Source: Opitutia bacterium
Lineage (GTDB): Bacteria; Verrucomicrobiota; Verrucomicrobiia; Opitutales; T3Sed10-336
Assembly (NCBI GenBank): GCA_050506795.1
Contig: JBJHCF010000022.1
Span: 1 to 64,000, forward strand
DNA length: 64,000 nucleotides
Reading direction: 5' to 3'
The notes under the pieces are model-generated. The model did not search any database and was not told where the DNA came from. It was given only the letters and a program-made list of their open reading frames with translations. The position numbers were made by a program, and so were the translations under genes. Of the stretch, positions 20,297-31,000 are shown one piece after another (the stretch's first letter is position 1; each line of letters starts with the position of its first letter).

Positions 20297-21258
20297 GTTT
20301 TGTTCGGACAGTCCTGGGTGACGTGGCAATGGCGGAGTTGGGGGTTTGTTACGCCCATGAACACATCATCATCGATGAGAGCTATATTACCCAGATCTAT
20401 CCTGAGTTCCAGCTCGATAGTGTTGATAAAGGGGCGATGGAGTTGAAGGATTTCTTTTCCGCCGGTGGTCGTGCCATGGTTGATTCCATGCCCTGCGATT
20501 GTGGCCGAAATGTCGAAAAGTTGGCTGAGATTTCACGCCGATCGAAGGTGCATATACTGGCACCCACCGGAATTCACCTGAAGAAATATTATCCGAAGGG
20601 TCATTGGTCAACGCGTTCATCCGCGGAAATATTGGCCGGTCTATTCGTCGGTGATATCGAAGCGGGGATCGATCGTAACGACTATGGGGGGCCGGAGGTA
20701 CAGCGGACAGCTCACAAGGCGGGGCTGATCAAAGTAGCCGGCGGCTGTGAACGGGGTGGATTGAACGAGCATGAGAAGAAGATCTTCGAGGCGGCGGCCA
20801 TCGCACACGCGAGAACGGGCGCGCCTATTTTGACCCACACGGAACAAGGCGCCGGGGCATTGGAACAAGTGGATTGGCTGGAGAAGAATGGAGTCGATAT
20901 CCGGCATGTGGTGCTATCACATACCGACAGGAAGCCCGACTTGGGATACCATAAGGAAGTCCTTTCCAGCGGTGTTTTTGTAGAATACGACTCCGCCTTT
21001 CGATGGAAACCGGAGCAGGGGAACCCTACGGCCGATCTCGTCGTCGCGCTCTTCGAGTGTGGATTCGGCGACCAGATTATGCTCGGCATGGATGCGGCCC
21101 GGCATCTGTATTGGAAACGTTATGGAGGAAGTCCCGGGCTGACGTTTCTTTTGGATCGTTTTTGGTCCCTCCTGCAGGAAATGGGCATGGCCGAGGCCGA
21201 ATTCCGGATGATATTCTGCGATAATCCCGCACGTGCGTATTCATTTGGGGAGCGGTAG
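20293..21258 (+). CDS. Phosphotriesterase-family amidohydrolase (lactonase-like)
   Basis: RTVLG, HEH, GLIKVA, THT, SHTD, GMDA; ATGA overlap. Confidence 0.9.
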   Translation: MSFVRTVLGDVAMAELGVCYAHEHIIIDESYITQIYPEFQLDSVDKGAMELKDFFSAGGRAMVDSMPCDCGRNVEKLAEISRRSKVHILAPTGIHLKKYYPKGHWSTRSSAEILAGLFVGDIEAGIDRNDYGGPEVQRTAHKAGLIKVAGGCERGGLNEHEKKIFEAAAIAHARTGAPILTHTEQGAGALEQVDWLEKNGVDIRHVVLSHTDRKPDLGYHKEVLSSGVFVEYDSAFRWKPEQGNPTADLVVALFECGFGDQIMLGMDAARHLYWKRYGGSPGLTFLLDRFWSLLQEMGMAEAEFRMIFCDNPARAYSFGER

Positions 21259-21477
21259 GGTAGGACGTAGTTATCAATTTAGCGTGCGTGGGCGTGGGGA
21301 TCGCCTTCATGAAGGTCGATGTTTTCCGGCCAGGGAAGTTTCGCGCCCTGGGTTTGGAGGTGCGTTTGGGAACCGGAACGGAGGTCGGCATTGGAGTGAA
21401 TGCTCCGGGGAGAGCGTTCTTTCTCCAAAGCGAAGGCCGCGAGCAGTGACGAGATAGATCAAGAGGCGAAAATAGCG

Positions 21478-21508
21478 TTGACTTCCACTTTTTCAGGATT
21501 GTATACAC
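21478..21508 (+). promoter_or_regulatory. Candidate sigma70 promoter overlapped by a TGTATACA palindrome (candidate GntR/FCD operator)
   Basis: TTGACT at 21478; TGTATACA at 21500-21507 at the -10 position. Confidence 0.4.
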
Positions 21509-21565
21509 GTATTCATTCCGGATTCGATTATCGGGAACTGGAGAAAAATACTTCTTTGATAACCA

Positions 21566-24169
21566 ATGTCTTTCCTTCGAATGTCCCTCGTTACCAGCGT
21601 CTTAAGCGTTTGCGTATTCTTGCCTGGATTTGCTCTGGCCTCATCGGAGGCTACGACGTCGGAAGACCTGTATCGATGGGAGGAACTGCCGTCGATCCCT
21701 GATGCGGTGGGTCTTGCGGCTCCTTTCGCCGGCGTGCACAACGGCGCTTTGATCGTGGGGGGAGGTGCGAATTTCCCGGAAGGTATGCCGTGGGAGGGGG
21801 GCGAGAAGGTCTGGCACGATGAGGTTTATGTTTTGACTGAACCGGATGGTGAATGGCGTTCCGGTTTTAGGCTCCCGCGTCCGCTTGCGTACGGAATTTC
21901 CATCACGACCCCGGAGGGAGTGCTTTGTATCGGCGGCGACGATGCGACTCGTTTCTACAGGGATGTCTTTCTCTTGACCTGGGAGGATGGTGAAATTGGC
22001 GTTACGGAGATGCCGTCGCTGCCGGCTCCGGCGGCCTATGCCACGGGAGCCATGATCGGTCGGACCGTGTATATCGCAGGAGGTCTGAGCCGGCCGGAGC
22101 GGGAAGGACCACCTTTGCACACGTTTTGGTCGTTGGATCTATCGAACCCGGAGTTAGGTTGGGAAGAGTTGGAGCCCTGGCCGGGCGAACCCAGGTTTCT
22201 TTCGGTGGCGGCTGTTCAGGGAGGATCATTCTATCTGCTGAGCGGCGCTACAATGGTGGAGGCCGATGGGGCCTGGAAGCGGGAGTACCTAAGCGATGGA
22301 TACCGGTACACTCCTGGAAAGGGGTGGTCCCGAATCGCGGACTTGCCACGGCCCGCTGTGGCGGCTCCTTCACCCGCTCCGTCCCTGGGTGCCCACCACT
22401 TTGGGGTGATTGGTGGCGACGATGGCTCAAATATGGGATTTGATCCGCTTTCAGAGCATCCCGGTTTCACACGTGAGACTTTGGTCTATCATACTGTTAC
22501 CGATACATGGTCCTTGCGTTCTGAGATCCCGTTCACCTCCCCGGTGACGGTGCCGACCGTGAACTGGCAGGGAAAACTTGTGATTCCAAGCGGGGAAGTT
22601 CGACCAGGCGTCCGATCTCCCTCAGTATGGATGGGAGAGCCTTTTCGAGGGCGTGCGCAGTTCGGCCCGTTAAATTACGGAGTCCTGGTGCTTTATCTCA
22701 TGGCTCTGGTGATCATCGCCATGTTCTTTTCCCGTTATCAGGGAAACACACGGGAGTTTTTTCTCGGAGGCCAACGAATTCCGTGGTGGGCGGCGGGCCT
22801 TTCGATCTTTGGAACTCAATTGAGCGCGATCACGTTTATCGCGATTCCGGCCCAGGTGTATGCCAACGACTGGACCTATATTCTTGCAAATCTAACCATC
22901 GTGTTGGTCGCGCCATTGGTGGTGTTTTGTTATCTGCCATTTTATCGGCGACTCAATATCACGACGGCCTACGAGTACTTGGAACAGAGATTCAATTTAC
23001 CTGTGAGGCTTTTTGGCAGCGCTGCGTTCTGCTTTTTACAGCTTGGTAGAATGGGCATTGTTCTTTTCATACCGGCGATCGCTCTTTCGGCCGTGACCGG
23101 GATCAATCTTTTTGTGGCAATTCTTTCGATGGGTGTCCTGGCGACGCTTTATACGGTTGTCGGGGGAATTAAGGCGGTGATCTGGACCGACGTGTTGCAG
23201 GTTGTCGTGCTAATGGGTGGCGCGCTGCTTTGTCTGGTTCTGATAGCGATAGGGGTGAATGGCGGCGTGCCTGAGATTGTGGCGATGGGGGCGGCGGACG
23301 GAAAGTTCAACACCTTTAATTGGACTTGGAACGCCGCGACGGCTGCTGTGTGGGTTGTTCTGTTGGGAAATTTTTTGGCCAACCTGGTGCCGTATTCCGC
23401 GGATCAGACCGTGGTGCAGCGGTATCTAACAACCAGCAGTTACCGGCAGGCGGCGAAGTCAATCTGGACAAACGCGATTCTGACCATTCCGGCAAGCCTG
23501 ATCTTTTTCAGCCTGGGGACGGCTCTTTATGTCTTCTATAAATCGAACCCGGCGATGCAGAACCCACACTTGGCATCCGACGCTATTTTGCCCCTTTTCA
23601 TCGCCCAGATGTTGCCCCCCGGCGTCGCCGGATTGCTCATTGCCGCCGTTTTCGCGGCGGCAATGTCAAGTCTTGACAGCAGCATGAACAGTGTGGCGAC
23701 CACCATTACCACCGACTACCGCCGTTTGAGGTCGCGAGTGACTGAGTCGCAGGCCCTGCGTCTCGCTCGGTGGATTACTTTAGGGCTCGGAATTTTCGGA
23801 ACCGGCACAGCCCTGTTCCTGGCGAGTTTTGAAATCCTTTCCCTTTGGGACGCGTATCTGACGGTTCTGGGTTTGTTTGGGGGCAGTTTGGCGGGGCTTT
23901 TCGTTCTGGCCATATTCACTCGTCGCGCCAACGGAAATGGTGCATTGGTAGGCGCAGTTGCGAGCGCGGCAATTCTCTACTGGACGCAGGCCAGTACAGA
24001 CCTCCATTTTTTTCTTTACGCGGGAGTGGGCATTGGAAGTTGTTTCATCGTTGGCTATTTGGCCAGTCTGGTCATTCCCGGACCTGATAAAGAGATTCTC
24101 AATCTCACCGTTTTTGCCATGAATCCTCCTGGGGAATCCATTAAGCCAGAATCACCTATGAAGGTGTAG
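21566..24169 (+). CDS. Kelch beta-propeller (NanM-like mutarotase) fused to a sodium:solute symporter (SiaT-like sialic acid transporter)
   Basis: Signal peptide; GGANFP and Kelch repeats; then SSS motifs FFLGG..IPWWAAGLSIF, DQTVVQRYL, AAMSSLDSS. Confidence 0.9.
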   Translation: MSFLRMSLVTSVLSVCVFLPGFALASSEATTSEDLYRWEELPSIPDAVGLAAPFAGVHNGALIVGGGANFPEGMPWEGGEKVWHDEVYVLTEPDGEWRSGFRLPRPLAYGISITTPEGVLCIGGDDATRFYRDVFLLTWEDGEIGVTEMPSLPAPAAYATGAMIGRTVYIAGGLSRPEREGPPLHTFWSLDLSNPELGWEELEPWPGEPRFLSVAAVQGGSFYLLSGATMVEADGAWKREYLSDGYRYTPGKGWSRIADLPRPAVAAPSPAPSLGAHHFGVIGGDDGSNMGFDPLSEHPGFTRETLVYHTVTDTWSLRSEIPFTSPVTVPTVNWQGKLVIPSGEVRPGVRSPSVWMGEPFRGRAQFGPLNYGVLVLYLMALVIIAMFFSRYQGNTREFFLGGQRIPWWAAGLSIFGTQLSAITFIAIPAQVYANDWTYILANLTIVLVAPLVVFCYLPFYRRLNITTAYEYLEQRFNLPVRLFGSAAFCFLQLGRMGIVLFIPAIALSAVTGINLFVAILSMGVLATLYTVVGGIKAVIWTDVLQVVVLMGGALLCLVLIAIGVNGGVPEIVAMGAADGKFNTFNWTWNAATAAVWVVLLGNFLANLVPYSADQTVVQRYLTTSSYRQAAKSIWTNAILTIPASLIFFSLGTALYVFYKSNPAMQNPHLASDAILPLFIAQMLPPGVAGLLIAAVFAAAMSSLDSSMNSVATTITTDYRRLRSRVTESQALRLARWITLGLGIFGTGTALFLASFEILSLWDAYLTVLGLFGGSLAGLFVLAIFTRRANGNGALVGAVASAAILYWTQASTDLHFFLYAGVGIGSCFIVGYLASLVIPGPDKEILNLTVFAMNPPGESIKPESPMKV

Positions 24170-24206
24170 TTCGAGAGGGAATTTAAAAAAGTCCTTATAT
24201 ACACAA

Positions 24207-24953
24207 ATGACACAGAAGCAAAGAGCCTACGATTACCTTAGGGAAAAGCTGATCGCCGGTGAACTGTCTCCGGGAAGCCGGCTTTCCGATATCGCTTTGG
24301 CGAAGGAGATCGGAATCAGCCGAACTCCGATTCGTGAAGCGATCAATCAACTGGCGAATGAGGATCTGGTGCAGTTGGTGCCCCACAACGGAGCTTTCGT
24401 AAAAGTTCCCGACGAGGAGGAACTAATCGAGCTGTACGATCTTAGAAAACTTCTGGAGACCTATGCCGTAAAACAAGCGGCAGGTAATATGAGCGAGGGA
24501 AACCTGCGCCAGCTGATCGAGATGATCACACACATGGACATGATTATCAAAGAATTAAAAAACTCTGGCCGAGAAGCGCCGACCGCTGCCATTCGTCGAC
24601 GTTGGGTGATGACGGATTATGCTTTTCACCTGGTTCTATTCAAGTCGTGCGGAAATCGAAAAGTGATGCGGATTGCGAGTGATCTCCGGATGTTGACACA
24701 GGCTTTTATTTTCCGGAAGGAAGATCCAAAAATTTCGCCGATTGAAGTGATGCGGATCGCGAACAAGGAGCACCGGGAGGTGTTTCGCGCCCTCGAATCC
24801 GGGAAAGGCGACGAAGCCAGCGAAGTTATCGATCGGCATCTCGATCGGGCGAAAAACGCCACCCTGGCGAATTACGCCACTGTATGTCAATCGACTCCAG
24901 AACAAGAACCGGAGTGGCTGACGTCGGTACGGGGTGTGATCAATAATGCCTGA
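24207..24953 (+). CDS. GntR family regulator with FCD domain
   Basis: ISRTPIREA, ELYDLR..LE, D..FH, EH.. Confidence 0.92.
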   Translation: MTQKQRAYDYLREKLIAGELSPGSRLSDIALAKEIGISRTPIREAINQLANEDLVQLVPHNGAFVKVPDEEELIELYDLRKLLETYAVKQAAGNMSEGNLRQLIEMITHMDMIIKELKNSGREAPTAAIRRRWVMTDYAFHLVLFKSCGNRKVMRIASDLRMLTQAFIFRKEDPKISPIEVMRIANKEHREVFRALESGKGDEASEVIDRHLDRAKNATLANYATVCQSTPEQEPEWLTSVRGVINNA

Positions 24954-26058
24954 GGAATGGTCAAATCCCATGAAAACTCGACTGCATCCCGAACCGAACA
25001 ACCTGCCGGACCGGGTTGCTGAGTTCTTAAAACAAGGCATTCTGGAGGGAAAGTACCAGGGAGCTTTCCCCAGCGAGCGAAAACTTGCCGAGGAAGTTGA
25101 TGTCAGTCGCATGACAATACGAGCGGCTTTGAGAAAGGTGCAGGAGGACGGTCTGATAGAGATTTCGGGCAAACGACGGATGATTCCACCTGAGTTTCGA
25201 AAGGACCCGGAAGCGGATGGAGCTTCTGCGGAACTCGTCATTCTAAGCGCGGAACCTTTGGAAGAAGTTTACCATTCGCACGTATTCATCTTCGAAATGT
25301 TACGTGAGAAACTGGCGCGCCATGGATTTGGGTTATCGATTCAAGTTTCATCCCGCTTTGGCATGACTGGAAAAGGAAAGGCTCTTGCAGAAACGGTCGA
25401 TCAGCATCCGAACGCGTCTTGGTTGCTGATTCGAATTCCACCAGCCGGGCAGCGCTGGTTCATCGAGAACAACCTGCGAACCATTGTCATGGGGACGGCG
25501 GCGCTTGGACTGGACACGGTCTCCATGGACATCGATCATGAAGCCACTTGCTTCCACGCCACCTCGGTCCTGGCGGCCCGAGGCAAGAAGTCGATCGCCT
25601 TCGTGCGAAGGGCTGCCAACCTGATTGGGGATGAGCGGAGTGAGGCGGGGATGCGGAATGCCTGCAAGAGAGCGCAAGTCAAAGGCACCGCTCACCGGCT
25701 CGCCGGAGATTCGGCCTCCACAATCGACTTGCTCGAATCACTTCGGCGGGAAAACCGCCTTCCGGATGGAATCATTGCGGGAGATCCGGCGATCTTCCTG
25801 AGCGCTTACAGTTTCTGTTACAAGCATGGACTACGCATTCCCGAAGACATCGCGCTCATCTCCCGGAACGATGACATCCTGCTTGACGCGTTGAGGCCGA
25901 CGGTTGCGCGTTATCGGGTAAATGATTCGGTGGTACTCAACCGGTTATGGCGTCTTACGCTGCCGGTTCTGAGGAACCAAGTGTATAAGAAAAGCCCGCA
26001 TCTTCTCATGCCCGACTATGTTCCGGGTGATAGTGCGGGAGTGCCTGGTATTAGCTGA
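24946..26058 (+). CDS. GntR HTH + LacI-type sugar-binding domain regulator
   Basis: FPSERKLAEEVDVSRMTIRAAL; C-terminal GLRIPEDIALIS. Confidence 0.88.
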   Translation: MPEEWSNPMKTRLHPEPNNLPDRVAEFLKQGILEGKYQGAFPSERKLAEEVDVSRMTIRAALRKVQEDGLIEISGKRRMIPPEFRKDPEADGASAELVILSAEPLEEVYHSHVFIFEMLREKLARHGFGLSIQVSSRFGMTGKGKALAETVDQHPNASWLLIRIPPAGQRWFIENNLRTIVMGTAALGLDTVSMDIDHEATCFHATSVLAARGKKSIAFVRRAANLIGDERSEAGMRNACKRAQVKGTAHRLAGDSASTIDLLESLRRENRLPDGIIAGDPAIFLSAYSFCYKHGLRIPEDIALISRNDDILLDALRPTVARYRVNDSVVLNRLWRLTLPVLRNQVYKKSPHLLMPDYVPGDSAGVPGIS

Positions 26059-26095
26059 AACAACAAACACCATTTTGAACGGTAATCATGGTCTA

Positions 26096-26107
26096 TGGTT
26101 TATACCA
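26096..26107. promoter_or_regulatory. Candidate GntR operator TGGTTTATACCA (dre-like)
   Basis: TGGT-N4-ACCA near-palindrome about 80 nt upstream of nanA. Confidence 0.45.
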
Positions 26108-26183
26108 AGGTTCGTTACTTGTGATCTCTTGGAATCGGGTCGAAACTTCTATTATCAATTGCCCGCAAGGGTAGGGAATTCAG

Positions 26184-27197
26184 ATGACAAAACTAAACGG
26201 ATTAATCGCGGCAGCGTTCACCCCTTTTCGGGGCGGAGAGATAAATGTTGAGGTCATTCCTCCATATGCTCGATATCTTGCGGCCAATGGGATTTCCGGT
26301 GTGTTTGTAAATGGCACGACCGGCGAAGGGCACTCCCTCACCGACGATGAGCGGATGCTTCTGGCCGAGACCTGGGTAAAGGCTGCGCCGCCGAATCTTA
26401 AAGTACTTGTGCATGTCGGACACAATTCGCTTCCGGTGGCGCGTGAACTGGCACGTCATGCGATGGAAATCGGCGTAGGGGGCTTCGCTGCGATTGGCCC
26501 GAGTTTTTTCAAACCGTCGCTGGAAGAGTTGGTGAGTTTCATGGCTGAATTGGCGCAGGCCGCTCCGAATCTGCCATTTTATTACTACCACATTCCGGCA
26601 ATGACAGGTATTACAATTAGGATGCTCGATTTTTTGCAAGTTGCGGAGCAAAGGATACCAAATCTGACGGGGATCAAGTTCACGCATGAGAATATGATGG
26701 ATTACGGCCTCTGCCAGGACTATGAGGGAGGAAAATTCGACATGGTTTTCGGACGTGACGAGATGTTGGTCTGCGGGCTTTCACTTGGAGCCAAAGCAGC
26801 GATCGGCAGCACCTACAACTTCGCCGCCCCCCTCCATAACGCGATTCTGAAAGCGGCGTCGGACCACGACCTTGATCGGGCGCGATCACTCCAGTGTCTG
26901 TCGATGAAGGTGGTCATGGCTTGCACAGATGAAACTCCCAACGGATTGTCAGCCATTCGAGCTCTTACGGAATGGAGATCCGGTCTCGATTTTGGCCCGA
27001 TGCGTGCCCCGAATACCGGCGTTGGCAAAGAAGGTATCAGGCGCCTAAAAGAAAATGCACAAGCTTGCGCAGGTGACCACCTGTCGGAAGCCGTTCACGA
27101 TACACCGCAGCCAGAGCGGTATGTGAATGATGATGACGAAAAAGGGGTTTTTGTTTCACCCAGTCTGGAGCGAAACAGTCGGAACTCCGAAGAATAA
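26184..27197 (+). CDS. nanA: N-acetylneuraminate lyase (DHDPS family)
   Basis: NGTTGEG, PFYYYHIP, GIKFT, FGRDE, IGSTYN; sialidase and SSS transporter context. Confidence 0.85.
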   Translation: MTKLNGLIAAAFTPFRGGEINVEVIPPYARYLAANGISGVFVNGTTGEGHSLTDDERMLLAETWVKAAPPNLKVLVHVGHNSLPVARELARHAMEIGVGGFAAIGPSFFKPSLEELVSFMAELAQAAPNLPFYYYHIPAMTGITIRMLDFLQVAEQRIPNLTGIKFTHENMMDYGLCQDYEGGKFDMVFGRDEMLVCGLSLGAKAAIGSTYNFAAPLHNAILKAASDHDLDRARSLQCLSMKVVMACTDETPNGLSAIRALTEWRSGLDFGPMRAPNTGVGKEGIRRLKENAQACAGDHLSEAVHDTPQPERYVNDDDEKGVFVSPSLERNSRNSEE

Positions 27198-27242
27198 TAA
27201 ATACTAACCGGCCCACATTTTGGCCAAACTACTTGATATCGA

Positions 27243-27968
27243 ATGAAAGAGAAAAAAAGTCATGACCCGGTCGGTGCTTATGGGTTTACTCTAATTGAAT
27301 TGTTGACGGTGATTGCTATTATCGGAATCCTGGCTGCAATCCTAATTCCGGTAGTGGCGAACGTAAGGACCAGTGCCAGGGCGGCCCAGTGTACGTCAAA
27401 TCTGCGCCAGATCGGAATGGCTACCTTTCTGTATCTTGGAGATAATAACGATCGATTCTTCCCGCGGCAAGGCAGTCGGCACAATCTCCTGGGTAAGCCG
27501 GCGGAACGGCGCGAGCTTGAGTCGGATCAGCGGATTCTAAACCCGTACCTTTCTTCTACGGGACGCCGCGATCCTGTCGAGGTTGCGCGTTGCCCTGATG
27601 ATAAAGGCAGCGTTGATTTGTCAGGCGGTCGAACGGAGATCGAGAGCGCTTATGAGGCGTTTGGCAGTTCGTACGGTGCGAATATTTGGCCGGGGGCGCT
27701 TCATGACAGCAATCTCCAGCCTATCTCGTTGTATGCGATTCCCGATCCTAGCCGATTCGTTATTTTCGCGGAAGATATGGCGCTGACCAATGCGCATGGC
27801 GAGACGAATAGTTCGTCTGGTTGGCATTGGGACAATGAGCCGAGCTTTATTCTTTTGTTTGGAGACGGCCATGTGGGAAGGCATCTGGTGCCCCAGGCTT
27901 CCGTCAACACCGAGGAATACACCTTTCTTTTGAATCCGCCCAGGGCGCCGACCAGGCCGACGAGGTAG
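27243..27968 (+). CDS. Prepilin-type N-terminal cleavage/methylation protein, H-X9-DG-like
   Basis: [38 protein letters not shown]...LFGDGHV. Confidence 0.92.
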   Translation: MKEKKSHDPVGAYGFTLIELLTVIAIIGILAAILIPVVANVRTSARAAQCTSNLRQIGMATFLYLGDNNDRFFPRQGSRHNLLGKPAERRELESDQRILNPYLSSTGRRDPVEVARCPDDKGSVDLSGGRTEIESAYEAFGSSYGANIWPGALHDSNLQPISLYAIPDPSRFVIFAEDMALTNAHGETNSSSGWHWDNEPSFILLFGDGHVGRHLVPQASVNTEEYTFLLNPPRAPTRPTR

Positions 27969-28065
27969 AATAGTCCACGTAAGGAATCCTGAAACATCAC
28001 GCTAACCGTGGATACATGGTTTAATCTGTAAAGTTGTTGGTGAAACCCAAAGGAGAAATAGCAAT

Positions 28066-31000
28066 ATGTTTAAAAATACGAAAGGTAGCTCAATACGGGT
28101 GACGAGGCCGGGAAAATTTCCGGCCGTGATTGCCCTTTCCCTGGTTTTCTCCGGGGTACTGTTTGCTGAGGATGCTGAAACCATCGCTTTTGTTGAAGAT
28201 GGGGTCCTGCAGAATGCCACCGTGGTCGGTCCGGGAGTGGAACAGCATGGGGATCACATACTCATTCAAGGCACCGGGACCGGGCTCGCTTCCAACCTCG
28301 CTTTGATGGAGGGCGATTTCCACATTAAAGCGACCCTGGCATTTGAAGTGGACGGCACGGCAGCCGGATTTGTTTTTGGGTTTCATGGAAATACGGGGAG
28401 TTTCCTGGGGAACCCAACCGGCTATTTTGGTTTCGATAGTGGATCGCAGAATCTCTTTGTGGAGGGCGGATTCATGAACGCCGCCCAGGGCACGGGTCCC
28501 GCATCCGAGGGAGCGCCGGCTTCGGATTTTATTGAGGACGGGGTTCCGTTCCTGTTCGAGGCCATACGCGAGGATGGGATTTTGACAGTCTTGATCGACG
28601 AAGTCGAAGTCTACAGCCAGGAAATAGGCAATCAGGCGATTGGGCATCTGGGAATCCGGCCATGGCGCGCGAATATGCAGGTCTTTGGTTTTAGCGCATC
28701 AGGAAACCTGATTGGTGTTACCCTACCGGCAAAAGAGAATTTTGGCGAATACTCGATCTTCGTAGAGAATGGAACCGTATCTGACGTTAACCTGATCGGT
28801 GACGGCTGGGAACATATTGACAATTATATCGTTGCTCAGGGAACGGGGAAGTTTCTTCAAACTACGATTCGCTTGCTGGAGGGAGATTTTCATATTGAAG
28901 CTGAGGTGGCAATGGATGCCCTGAATGGAACCGCGGCTTCGTTCCGATTTGGGAACGATGACTTTGGTTTTGATGGAGGTCGTCAGGTTTTCTTTCAAAG
29001 TGGACCTTTGTATGGGCCGGGAGTAGGTGTTGGTCCGGCAGCGGCCGGTTTTCCGGCGGGTGCCTACATACAGGGGGGACAACCTTTCCTTCTCGAAGCA
29101 AAACGTGTGGGGAATACCCTTACCGTTATGATTGACGGGGTGGGTATATACCAAAAGGAGTTCGGCAGCGATGGTATCGGCACGCTGGCCTTCCGTCCCT
29201 GGAGATCTGAGATGCGGATTTATAATTTCCGCGTCGCCGGAAACCTGGAGGAGCCAGCGTCCTTGCCAATCGATGACCACTTCGGGCAGGTTCGCTATAT
29301 AAGTTTATTGGGTGGCTTGACAGAGGGAGTGGGCTACCAGTTGGGACCGGTTGGAACAGGGACTGAACCGTTTCTGGATGATGATATTTCCATCGTCTCG
29401 ATGCCGTCCAACCTTGATGGGAACCTCGGCTTCCGCACCTCCAATGCACAGTTTTACTGGGGGATGGAGATGCCCGACAATGAGCCGATTGTATTCGTGG
29501 AAGACGGCGAGGCGATGTTTATGAGGGAAGTCGGTCCCGCGTGGTCCCAAGGCGACGGCTTTGTTTTTAATCAAGGCACGCAACGATGGCTTAGGACCAA
29601 CGCTCTGCTTCGGGAAGGGGATTTTCATATCAAAGCCACGATGGCAATCAATGCTATCAATGGAACCGCCGCGACTTTTCAGATGGGCAACGCTCACTTC
29701 GGCTTTGATTCAGGGGGCCAAAACCTATTCGTGGAAGGCGGCTTTTTCGGCGGGGTTGTGCAACTGGATCCGGCCGCGGACTACATCGAAGGCGGGGTTC
29801 CATTTTTGTTTGAGGCGATCCGGGAGGGTAATATTATCCGATTCCTGATCGATGAGGTTCAGGTCTATCAGAGGGACATAGGCGCGAACCAGGTGATCGG
29901 TTCGGTAGGTTTCCGTCCATGGCGTTCTGAAATGCGGGTATATGACTTCGAAGTGACCGGTAATTTCGGATGGACGAACCACCTGGCCTTTGAAATCGAT
30001 CGTGAGACGAGCGTCTACATCGCGAACGATCCTGAATATGAAGCCGATTGGTTGACGGATCGATTTACAAAGACAGAAATGACCATCGAAACGACCGGAG
30101 GTGATTTCGATGTTTGGGAACGGGTTTTCGACGCCCGGGACTTCGTAATGTTGCCGGGCAATGGAGGAGACGGTCATAATTACTGGGTTTTGTTAAGTAA
30201 GAAACCCTCGGCGATCACGGAATCGCCGATCAACTATGTTCGCACGCCCGGAGGCGACGATTGGAGTTTGGTCCGTAATGGGTGGCGTCTAACGACCGAC
30301 CCGGAATCATTGCTTCACTCGGGACGGTTGCTGACAGGAATCTCGAACTTCGTGCCGGAACAGGGGGTTCGGATTCGAGCTGAGTTCCGGGTCCCGCAAC
30401 TGCAGCACGGCGGAGACAATTCTTACGGGCTCCTCGTTATGGGTGACTCGACTTTGACTCCGAACCAGGGGATCCGGGCGGAATGGTTGCCGCGTCAAGC
30501 CGATGGAAGCTCGACTTTTCGCTTGGTGAACAATGCGAATCGGACCGTTCTCGAGGGTGAGAATTCTTCTGTTTCCTGGGGTGGGTTGGCGCCGACGCGA
30601 ACCAATGATTGGGTGACGGGGGATGATCAGATCGACCTGGTTTGGGATTCAAGGGCGTCGGAACTTGCCAGCCCGTATTTTCTGGATGACGACTCCAAGG
30701 TCATTGTAAGACTTCCTGACGGGCTTGATCCGGGATTCCTTCTCGACGCAATCAAGACGGAAAATGATTTGTCCAACTCCAGCGAAAACTTCGTTCAGTT
30801 TACGGTGGAATCCGGTGAACCGGGGGACGGTAACGAAGGGGTCACGGTGTTTGTGGCCTGGGATATCAGAAACTCGGGATTCGAGCCGGATTGGTTGACC
30901 GAAGGATTTTCCAAAACGGATCACCTCGTGCAGGTCACCGGCGGGGCCCAGTTTCATCGCCTTTGGGCGGCGGAATATCCCGAGGGTGCCGTTGTTACGC

